From NCBI RefSeq assembly GCF_035594765.1, contig NC_085844.1, positions 209,204,107 to 209,268,106 of the forward strand: a stretch of 64,000 nt of DNA. The letters are read 5' to 3'. The notes beneath the pieces were generated by a model. It was given only the letters and a program-made list of their open reading frames with translations, searched no databases and was not told the DNA's origin. The number at the start of each line of letters is the position of its first letter. The stretch's first letter is position 1. This document shows positions 51,170-62,166 of this stretch, piece by piece. The stretch comes from Anolis carolinensis. Lineage: Eukaryota. A program made the position numbers and the translations under genes.

Positions 51170-52700
51170 AAAGGAAGTTAAAGACCCTGATTTTAATATT
51201 TATATTAGGATGTTTTCAATGCTTTGCCTTAGTATTAAATGCTGTATATGCCTAGGTTTTAATTATTTTGATTTATAGTTATATGTCAGTGTCTAGTTAC
51301 ATGGTTTTACTGTATGTATGTTGGCATGGAATTCTTGTTATTAACATGTTGTAAACTGCCTTGAGTCCCCCCAGGGGGTGAGAAAAGCGGTATATACATA
51401 CACTAAATAAAACTACAACTCTCAGGATTCCACAGCATTGAGCCATGGCTCAATTGTAATTTATTGTAATTTTTAATCTTGATGGATTTTTAAATTTGAT
51501 GACAACTGTTTTTAATGTGTATGTTTATATTGTAAGCCGCCCTGAGTCCCCTGATGGGCGAGAAGGGCAAGGTAGAAGTGATGTAATAAATAAATAAAAT
51601 AAATGGCAGTTAAAGTGGCGCCAAACTACATTATTTCTACAGTACAGATGCACCCTATGGAGACTGGAGATTGAATCCCAACTCAGCCATGGAACCTTGG
51701 ACAAGTCATACTCTCTCAACCCAAGTCACCCTCAGACTAAAACTGTATTATTTATTTATTGCATTTATATACCGCTTATCTCACCCCTGGGGAGGGGGAC
51801 TCAAAGCGGTTCACATCAAATAAATGACAAAAATACAATGCCTCACATACAGTAAAAACAGTTTATCACACATCTAAAACAGTAACATATAACTATACAT
51901 CAAACAATTAAAAACTATAAACCATCAAACATAAACATAAAACATTTTAACATTACACCGATCCCAAGGTTGTCATCCATCTGCTACATTATTGTTGTAA
52001 TTCACTGATTTGTTTTTATTGTTGTGTTTTATATTGTCTGTTTTGCCTGGGCTTGGCCCCTTGTAAGCCGCCCTGAATCCCCTTGGGGAGATTGGGCAGG
52101 GAATAAAAATAAAATTATTTTGCCTGGGCTTGGCCCCATGTAAGCCGCCCCAAGTCCCCTTGGGGAGATGGGGCGGGGTATAAAAATAAAATAACTATTA
52201 TTTATATTGTTATTATAATGCATGTTTGCATAACTAAGTTTTTAGTTGTTTTCTAAACATCAGGAAGGAGGGGGGCCAATCTAATCTCACTGGGAAGGGA
52301 GTTCCACAGCTGAGGGGCCACCATCAAGAAGGTAGTCTTTCGTCCCCACCAACTGCACCTGCGATGGTGGCAGGACCGAGAGCAGGACCTCCACAGCTTT
52401 TTTTTTTTTCCGTGTCAGGAGCAACCGGAGTTGCTTCTGGAGCGAGAGAATTGGCCGTCTGCAAGGACGTTGCCCAGGGGACGCCCGGATGTTTTGATGT
52501 TTTATCATCCTTGTGGGAGGCTTCTCTCATGTCCCCGCATGGAGCTGGAGCTGATAGAGGGAGCTCATCCGCGCTCTCCCCGGGTGGGATTGAACCTGGC
52601 AGCCTTCAGGTCAGCAACCCAACTTTCAAGTCTCAAGGCTTTTATCCCCTAGGCCACCGGAGGCTCCGACCTCCCCAGCTGATCTTAATGGTCTAACTTT
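51170..52700. repeat. Cluster of short L2 3'-tail fragments in both orientations
   Basis: Repeated gtaagccgccc(t/c)gagtcccc...ggg(g)cgg(g)gtat..aaataaa motif at about 51350, 51530, 51770 (inverted), 52060 and 52140. Confidence 0.7.
52398..52667 (-). mobile_element. tRNA-derived SINE (Anolis SINE2-like) inserted into an L2 fragment
   Basis: Poly-T tail on the plus strand; 12-bp TSD GACCTCC(A/C)CAGC at 52386-52397 and 52668-52679. Confidence 0.88.
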
Positions 52701-53344
52701 AGCATTATAAGAAAAAGGATAATGACTGACAAGAGTAATTAGAAACTTTTTTCAGACCAATTTTTAAAAATAATCCGCAAGTTCTCACTTAACAAAACAT
52801 GAGACTAAACATCAATAACGGGCGCCTGGGATTAATGCAGGCCACAGTACCTTCCTTGATTACACAGGTCAACACAGATTTTGGTACATCAAATGTTAGC
52901 CCTGTTTCTGGGTGTATTTGCATTGGAGCTCAGGTCTAGCCAATGCAATAATCTAAATCAGTGCCCAAAATAACCCCAGGAACAGGCCTAAATATGGTTT
53001 TTGTTCGGCAATGTTATTGTCAAGCAGGAGATGGCACATTAGGCTTTTTCTGGTTGTATCACTTATGTAAGTAGAATTTCTGTCACCTATCTTTATAGCT
53101 CTCATCAAAATAGTTTTCTACCAGCAGACTGGTCAATTATTTGGTCTTCATTTTAGCATAAGCAAAGTAAGAAGCAAACATTCTGAAACATCAGTAAAAT
53201 TAGCCAATGGAAACCACCTATCAAAGAACATCTAGTCTGTATCCAGTGTTACATATGGGCTTTGCATACCATTTCTAAGATGATTAAAATCACACTTTGC
53301 ATAGGAAATGTAAGGTATGACCTTGGCCCTTCTCACATATAATG

Positions 53345-53455
53345 CTGCTGCTGTTCAATCGCATAGTTGTTTCCGACTCTTCGTGACCTCATGGACCAGT
53401 CGCCACCCCCAGTTCCTTCAAGGTCATGCCAGTCACTTCAAGAATACCATCCATA
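53345..53455 (-). mobile_element. RTE/Bov-B-like 3' fragment
   Basis: gttcaatcgcatagttgtttccgactcttcgtgacctcatggaccag resembles the Bov-B 3' end as recalled. Confidence 0.5.
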
Positions 53456-54699
53456 TAATGAACTCATGTAATTACACCAGTTTAAAATCATAGTGGTGTA
53501 AGTTACAGGAATCACAGCTAAGACGCTATGTGTTCCTTCATGGAGGCCTGGTTGACATTTCAGAATAGCAAATGCTTCCTGGAGAATGGGCCCAAAATGG
53601 ACAGTATTCAGTGGGTGGAGGAAGAATCTGAAGGGTTTATATGTTCTTGCCTTATGGTCACCTTATGTCAGAAACACAACAACAAAGCGATACAACTTTC
53701 AGTTACTAAAGACCTGAGCCATGTAATTTAAGTACTAGAAATGTGTACTTTCTCAGCCCTTAGAAGAGAATATGAGGGGACAAGCCAAGCCTCTTCAAAA
53801 CATGCCTGGAAAAATATACCGAAAGGTGCTTCTGAAGTTATATTTTATTTTTGGCTATCCATAAACCCACTGATTGGAAAGGTACTTGCCAATGGCCAAA
53901 CCTTTCCCACCAAGGTGCTAAAATATTTACATGACAATAAGATGCAGCGGGGCAGGAATGCTCCCTCTTCAAAGGACATACCGAAGGGGCCCGCGGGGTT
54001 TCAGGGCTGCTGTTTAAAAAGGGACACAGCGGTGGGTTTCAACAAGAATTTCGAAAACCGTTGATTTTTACCAGTTGGAAAAGAACCACTGAGGATACCT
54101 CACAAGCGGTTTGGATTCTAGAAGGCATTCGAGGCCTTCGACGGGTGAAAGGCAGCCATTTCTTTAGGCTCTGCCCGAAGAAAGTTCATTTTCTGGGCAG
54201 ATCCAGAAAGAACCGAGTTTTCTGCTTAGCTTGGCGAAGCCCTTTGGATCAAGCCATGCTCAGATGGAAAAGACGTGAGTAAAGTCGGGCGAAATGGGCG
54301 AGAGAAGGGGAAAGAAAGGCCACTTGAGCTTTTGCTTGCCTGCTTTAGAAAGTCCAAGGAGAGGGTGCGAGTTAAGCCACGGAGGTTAGCCTACGGCTGT
54401 TAGGAATGGTGGGAGTTGAAGTCCAAAACACCTGGAGGGCCGAAGTTTGCCCATGCCTGGTCTACACTGTAAAATGAATGCAGATTGGTACCACTTTGAC
54501 TGCCTTGGCGCGTAAATGCACCCCAGGCCTCTTGAGTCACGAGTGAGTTAGGCCTACTTCGTTCAGTGGACGTTGTTCATTCCCTAGTTCGGTGTTTTGT
54601 GTGTGGCGTCGTTTAGCTTCTCTGTGCGTGTCTTTATATGTGAAATATCCTTGAAGGAGAGCTTCATGACTGGAGAAAAAACCTTCTTTCTTTCCCACC

Positions 54700-55450
54700 T
54701 TCCTTCCTTCGCGCCAAGGACCCATCATGGCGGCGCCAACAGCTTTTCGGGGAGGGGGTGTCACGTGACCCTCGCCCAATCACTAGTCTCGGCGCTCGAC
54801 TGCTTCGGCCTCTTCGTGCCGCGCGCTGGCAGCCGCCCTCCTCGTCCTCCTTTTCGTCGTCGTCCCCCTCCGGCGCTCGAGGCTTCCTGGGCTCGGCAGG
54901 CTGGGCCTGGCTGCGGCGAGGGGCGCGAGAGCAGCAGCAACAGCAGCAGCAGCAGCAGCTGGGCTGAACTGAGGGAGGAAGGCGAGGCGAAAGAAGGAAG
55001 GCAGGAAGGGGGGCGGCTGAGGAGGGCGCGGCGGAGGCCGGAGGAGACGGCGGCTAGGAAGGCGGCTCGCTGGCGGGCGGGCGAGGAGGGCCGAAGCCTG
55101 GCGGAACCGCCGGGGGGTTGCCTGCGGGCTGGCCGGCTCCACAAGGCCAAGGCGGCCCGGCAGTGGCGGCGGCGGCGGCTGCTGCGCCTCCTCGCCCGGG
55201 CCGGCCTCGTCTCCGGCGGGTAGGATGCGCCCGCTCGTCCCCCGGCACCGGCAGGCAGCTCCCGGCCCGACCCGCGGCTGAGGCGCCCCGAACGGCGGCG
55301 AGTAAGTGCGAGGGGAGCGGCCTTCGGGGCACCCGGGGCGGAGGGAGGAAGGGAGGGGAGAGGTAGGCCCCAGCCTGGGCCTGAACGCGGCTGAGAACAG
55401 GCCGGGCCTTTGGCGCCACCGGGACCTTCCCACTCGCTGCGAACTAAACA
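54700..55450 (+). promoter_or_regulatory. HIPK1: CpG island and non-coding first exon (donor GA|GTAAGT at 55302), probably HIPK1
   Basis: Very GC/CpG-rich. YY1-like ATGGCGGC (54727), GTCACGTGAC (54760-54769), CCAAT (54776). Gene identity is from synteny only; no kinase exon lies in the window. Confidence 0.6.
54932..54958 (+). repeat. (CAG)2 CAA (CAG)6 trinucleotide tract in the CpG island
   Basis: Direct reading. Confidence 0.9.
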
Positions 55451-55672
55451 GAGTTGGAAGAGAGCCCAAGGGCCAGCCAGTCCAACCCCCCTCTCGCGTA
55501 GTCACGCCATCAAAGCACACCCGACAGATGGCCACCCGGCCTCTGCTTAAAACACACCACAGTGTATAGACCAGGCATGGGCCAACTTCGGCTCTAGGAG
55601 GTGTTTTGAACTTCAAATTTTACATTTTTTTAACAGGTCCAAAACACCCCGAGGGCCAAAATTCGCCTAGGC

Positions 55673-55778
55673 CAGTGGTTCTCAGCCTGTGGGTCCTGGT
55701 AAACAGCTGGTAAACTGGCTGGGATTTATGGGAGTTGTAGGCAAAAACACCTGTGGACCCACATGTTGAAAACCACTG
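55673..55778. mobile_element. SPIN-like hAT MITE
   Basis: CAGTGGTTCTCA / TGAAAACCACTG termini; perfect 8-bp TSD GCCTAGGC. Confidence 0.85.
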
Positions 55779-55816
55779 GCCTAGGCGTTCTCTTATCGTC
55801 AACAAGCTCTTCTTTT

Positions 55817-56889
55817 GTATTGCTATGAGTATGGCCATGTTCCAGAAGCATTCTCTCCTGATGTTTCTCCCATGCCTATAGCAGGCATCTTCAGAGGTTG
55901 TGAGGTATATTGGAAAACTAAACAAGGGAGGTTTATATATCTGTGGAAGGTCCAGGGTGGGAGAAAGAACTTTGTTGTCTGTTGGGGGCCACTGGGAACG
56001 TTGTAATTAATCACCATTAGCATTAATGATCTTGCAAGCATCATTCCTGCCTGGGGAAATCCCTTGTTCAGAAGTGTTAGCTGCTCCTGATTGATTTATG
56101 TCTGTAATTCCTGTTTTCAGAGTGTTGTTCTTTATTTACTGTTCTGATTTTAGAGTTTTTAAAATACTGGTAGCCAGATTTTGTTCATTTTCATGGTTTT
56201 CTCCTTTCTGTTGAAATTGTCCAAATGTTTGTGGATTTCAGTAGCTTCTCTGTGTAGTCTGACATGATAGTTGCTAGAGTGGTCCAGCATTTCAGTGTTC
56301 TCAAATAACACACTATGTCCAGGTGGGTTCATCAAGTAGGCAAGTAGGGTTTTTTCTATCTGGAATGTTCAGGGTGGGGAAAAAAATCTTTATCTGCCTG
56401 AGGCAAGAGTGAATGTTTCAATTGGCCAGCTTGATTAGCATTGAAATCTATAAGCATGTGGACAATTTCAACAGAAAGTAGGAAACCATGAAAATGAACC
56501 AAATATGGCTACCAGTATTAAAAAGCTCTAAAATCAGGATAGGAAATAAAGAACAACGCTCATAAGACAGTGGAATTCCAGACAAGAAACAATGGGGGCC
56601 AGCTAACACCTCCCAACAAAGGATTCCCCCAGGCAGGAAACAGCCAGTCTTTGAAGCTGCAAGGCTATGCATTGCAAATCAAGCTGCCCAATTGAAACAT
56701 TCACACTTGCCTCAGGCAGACAATAGTTCTTTCTCCCACCTTGAACATTTCAGTTATATAAACCCCACTTGCCTAGTTTCCAACAGACCTCACAATCTGT
56801 GAGGATACCTGTCATAGCTGCAGGTGAAATGTCAAGAAGGAATGCTTCTGGAACATGGCCATATAGTTTGGAAAACTCACAGCAACCCA
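55817..56889. mobile_element. Penelope-like element, two arms in inverted orientation
   Basis: 55817-56240 is mirrored by 56445-56889; same family as 26319-27281. Confidence 0.85.
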
Positions 56890-57399
56890 GGTCCAAAATG
56901 CCTGGAGGGCCGAAGTTCACTCATGCTTGCTCTAGGCATTCTTCTATCGTCAACAAGCCCTTCCACTTTTTCCTGCAGTTTGAATCCATTGCTAGCAGAA
57001 AACAAGCTTTGCTCAATCTTCCAATATGACGCCCTTTCAAATATTTAAACATGGCCTCCTCCTCTTCTTTTCCTCCAAGCTAAACATATCCAGCTCTTTC
57101 AGCGGCATCTTTTTTTAAGGGCTTGGCTTCCAACACCTTTGAGTGTTTCCGTCACCCTTTTCTGGACACATTCCAGCTTGTCCATACTTTTATTGAATTA
57201 GCCAGAAACCTCGTAGTGAGAGGCTGGGGGCAACGGGAGCTCTGGTTTTAGCCTTTCTCCTGCTTGCTGTAATACAGTTTTCTCCCTCCCCAATCTCCAG
57301 GAGTTGAAGTCCAAAACACCTGGAGGGCCAAAGTTTACCCATGCCTGATCTACACTGTAGAATGAATGCAGTTTGATGCCACTTTAACTGTTTAAGTAA

Positions 57400-59253
57400 A
57401 CGATGGTCCTCACAAGAAGCATTTCACAAAGGAAAAAGGAAGAATTATCAAAAATAACAGACATGCAGGTGGTGGAAAAAATTACAATACCTAGGTCTTA
57501 CTATAACCGCCAAGAACTCAATTGATGAAGAATAACTAACTATGAGCAGAAATGGAAAGAAATTAAGAAAGATATAGATAATTGGAAACACTTGAAAGTA
57601 TCTCTTTTAGGACGATTATCCATAATCAAAATGAATGTACTGCCAAATTGTTATATCTATTTCAATCCCTACCAGTTGTTAGGAATTTGAAAATCTTCAA
57701 TAGTTGTAATAAAGATCTATCTAAATTTATTTGGCAGGGCAAAAAACCTAGAATAAAACAGCAACATTTAATAGATGAAAAGAAAAGAGGTGGTCTCGGT
57801 CTACCTGATCTTAGATTATATTATGAAGCTTCCGGCCTTATTTGGACCAAAGATTGGGCAACTATAAAAAAAGAAACATTCTAACTCTGGAAGGTTTTGA
57901 TTTAAGAGGCTGGCATGCCTACATTTGGTATAAGAAGACAAAAATAGAAAGAAAATTTTCAAATCACTATATAAGAGCTGGTCTCATTAAAAGGGATTTT
58001 ATAGAAATACTCCACTTTGGGTATCTTCCTTGGAAGCTTTTCAAAGAAGAGAATTTGGCTGGCAAATTTGGCCTACCTATGACGATTTATTAAGGAAGCA
58101 AAAAGGGAAAGTAGAGTTTAAAAGGAAAAAGAAATTAAGACTAATTTTACTAACTGCTCATGGTTTCAATATAGACAGATAATAGAAGTATTTAAGAAAG
58201 ATAGAGATGTGGGTTTTGCTGATAAAAATGGATTCTGGAACAATAAAATGAAGACAAAATAAACTGATCTCCAAAATCTATAGAAAACTACTAGAGTGGT
58301 CAACGGAAAAAGAACAAATAAAAGAATGCATGGTGAAATGGGCTCAGAATATTGGCCATCAAATTGAACTGAAACAGTGGGAAAAAGCGTGAAACCAAAG
58401 ACTTAAATATACCTATTCTTATGATATGAAAGAGAACTGCTTAAAAATGCAGTATAGATGGTATATTACACCATATAAAATTCCAAAATGTTTCAAAAAA
58501 ATGCATCCAACAAATGTTGGAAATGTGGTCTACAGACAGGAACTTTTTTCACACTTGGCATGAAAAGCACAACAGTTTTGGAAAGAAATAAATGAAGCTA
58601 TTCAAAAAATACTAAAAATGAAAATCTGAAGGGGAACCTAAATACTTTTTACTAGGCATGTTAGACATAGAAAAAGACAAAAATAAGGAGATTTTATTCA
58701 ATTTCCTGGTCACCGCAACTAGAATAGTTTATGCCAGTTACTGGAGACAAACAAAAACACCGAAAAAAGAAGATTGGTTGCACAAAGTGCTAGAGATTAT
58801 GAACATGGACGTAGATATTAGTTGTCACCCAACCAAGGCCTTCCTAAGAAAGAAACTAACTATAAAGACTATTTGAAACAGATGAAAATAGACCTCATTT
58901 GTTGAAAGTAATCGATCTTAAGGATAAGGAGACAGATGGGAAGTAAATCTAAAATAACAAGTTAACTTAAATTGAATTTTGGGGCTATCAAGAATAAGAA
59001 GGAAGTCAACAAACATTTTTTCTTTTTCCTTTTTTCTTCATTTCTATACATTTTACTTATACTTTATTATTATTATTATTTTCTCTTTTTTATACAACTA
59101 TAGACACTAGCTTTGTTTATTGTTTTTTCTTCTTTTTTGATCCTTTTTATCGCAGTTTTCCTACTTTCTATATAATCAAATGTTCTCTTTCGATGTTAAT
59201 TTACTCTGTCTTACAAGGTAAAACTTCAATAAAATTATTTTAAAAAAAATAAA
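57400..59253 (+). mobile_element. L1-clade LINE, 5'-truncated and frameshifted
   Basis: [34 protein letters not shown] and CWKCG motifs; T-rich 3'UTR; AATAAA and A-tail at 59228-59253. Confidence 0.88.
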
Positions 59254-62166
59254 TATTTGTTGTACTCAAATTCACTGTAGAAAAAATAGTCAGAAGCGAA
59301 CTTTTTATTGGATTAGCCAAATGTTGTTAGAAGTGATCCTGTGAATGGTGAGTGAGAATTTTAAAGAGGTTGCTCCCTTCCCATTGAGAATGAATGTTCT
59401 CTTGAGCATGTATGTAAAAAACACATCAGTGAGATTAACATCAATGACTCAACTGTGTTGCATATTTGGCAGTAAGGCACATACATCACATATCACATGA
59501 GAGCTGACACATTTTATAGCCTTATATTTAAAGCATTCCTTCTCTGGTTTTTAGTAATTAAAGAACTGAAGTAAGAACATCAGAAGCACATAACTAGGGC
59601 AGACCAAATGCCTATCTAGGCCATCATTCTGTTTCCACAGTAGTCATTTTAGTTTGAGAAGTTCACAAGCAGGTAGATGGTAACCAATACTTCCTCCTGT
59701 GCTGCCCGATATAAAATGACTAGTAGTCAGTGATAGCCTTTACTACATCTTATGGAAGGTGACTGCCATAATTTAAATAAGCATTGTTTTCGCAAGTGTT
59801 TCCTTGTATTTGTACTCAGTTTGTCCCATTAAATGTTGGTAGGTTGCCCCCAGATTATTGCATTATGAGAAAGGCAAATGTTCCTCCCCCCATCCCCCGA
59901 TCTATTGACTTTTAATTTTCTGTGTTGCCTGGTTATGAACACAATAATTACCTTGTATGGAGCCAGAGGTTTATCTCATCCAGGGCTCCGGCTAAAACTA
60001 GTCAGGCAGAGATACTCCAGCAAGCTGTGTGTGTGTTGATGTAATGACTGAGCAGATAATAGTCTAGAAATTAACCATGATAGCTTCAGAGCTAAGACTG
60101 TGCTATCTAGGTCACTACACCCTGAAATGCAAAATCTGCCACTGTTGATCACGCTGTCATGTTTCTTGGAACTAGATGAGGGGCTAGTGCAAACTTTGTT
60201 GTTAATAATATTGCTAAGAAAGAGGTGGTAATACTGACGAGTTGAGTTAGAAGCAAGAAAGTGTTTGCTCATTTTATATTCAGATTAGTTTTATAAAGCA
60301 TAAATAGTGCCGATGTGGCATCTGACCTAGCTTATATACAATATGAACTAGAAGTAAAGGCAATTTCCTGGCTATTGATGAAAGTGTTTCCCTGAAATAT
60401 GTTTTTGTGGTTGTTTTTTGAAATGTGATATGTCTCTAGTATAGCATTTATTCTTGGGGACAGATGTTGCCTAGGATTGAACTTGGAAGGACATCTCATC
60501 ATACCAGATTCCTTCCCTTAGCTACTGGTTTTCACTAGCTCAGCCAACAAGCCATAGAGTTTGGAATTTTCAAGGATATTAGCTCTTGAAAATTATTGAC
60601 TTTGTGCCAGTATTACAGGAAAAACATGTACATGTTGCTCCTTCATTAATCTGGCCTTGAATAAGTATCGAATGCAAGATTTTGCCATCTGTTAACTGCT
60701 TGGTTTATAGATCAGGTCAGTCACTTTTTTACAAGTTGGTTTAATTTAGTTTTGAGCTGTATAAAGATATGAAAGTTTTATGCTTATTGTTACAAACAAG
60801 CCGCTATGGGGTGCAGAAGAAGACATGTTCTTAGGTTTTTTAAAATGTTTTTATTAAGGCTCAGACAGCTGAAGTAGGTTGAACAAATACATTAACGGCT
60901 GAGTTCAGTTGCTGTTCTCTGAGTTTGGAGACATGCAGTATGTTGAAAGAGTGTTTGTCTGAGGTCTAATCATTTAGATCTCACAGTGATGAGATATAGG
61001 GTAGGGGTCAGCATTTCTGCTGGAACATTGATATTAGAATAGCTAGTTGAGCAGTAAACTCCCAGTTACAGGAAATTCGCTCCCTCTGCTTTTTAATAGA
61101 ATAGTAAGGGCCACCCAATCCAATTCCTTGTCATGCTAGAAAATACAATGAAAGCCTTTTTGTGTGTAAGGTAGTTGTCACTACAGTTGGAATCAGATGC
61201 AGATTTTTGAAATGGTGTCTTTGGATGAGGCAAGCCCCCCAACCCTCCAGAAACACATAATTGTCTTATTCTTTCTGAGATGTCTTAGCTTTTAGTCATG
61301 TCAAAGAGGGTTTTAAGGAACACCTTTTTAATGGCTATGGTAATCTACATGCCTGATGAATAAGTATGTATGTTCGACTTCTGAAGTGCATTTGTCATCA
61401 CGGGCTATAATAAGTTGCTTTGATGGTCTTCATAACTACATGTAATCACAAGCAAAAACAAATCTAGATAGACCTGTCTCCTGATAAACATCCTTTCATA
61501 TTCTCGTTCAGGACCATTCTTTATATTAAGTAAAGAGGAGTTCATTGTATGTTGCAGTGTGAATGGCAGGTGCTTTCATGGCTCACTTTGATAAATAATT
61601 AACATTGTTTTAATGCAGCAAGTTGTTTCCAAATCTTTACTGGGAAATAAGATAGAAACAAAAGCCTAATTTCAACTGCTAATCCAGTTTAGAGTAGACT
61701 ATAGATTATTTGGTAAATCAGCATTTATGTAAATTGTATTCATTCATGGGTGTGCTCTAGTTGGGATTAGTAATTGGATTTAGGCTGAAATTGTCCATAT
61801 TAACTGGTATAAATAGGTCTAATAGCAATATGTATTAATAGTGTCTTCTGTTTAAATATATAGCTACTTGCCAAATATACTATGACTGTACCAAAATGTT
61901 TATTATAATTGAAACATGCATAAATTGATTGTGGTGTACAATCATATTAGCATTAGTGGTTTGAAGGAAATATGTTTTGTAGAGCTAAAGATATATGTGT
62001 AAACATATTTTTTTAAAAATAAAGAATTTTAGAGAGACTTTTATAAGTAGGAAACTAACTTTTTATTCTTTATATCTGTTCTGTCTTCACACATATACGT
62101 GTCAGCCCATAAGGATGACCAAAACGAGTATTGCTCCGGTTTGAAGTATAGTATTTTATGTAGCTA

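Noticed and set aside
54537-55616. Many overlapping long ORFs (208 aa, 277 aa, poly-Q/S/L/A)
   Set aside because: Stop-poor GC-rich CpG island; low-complexity products with no recognisable domain.
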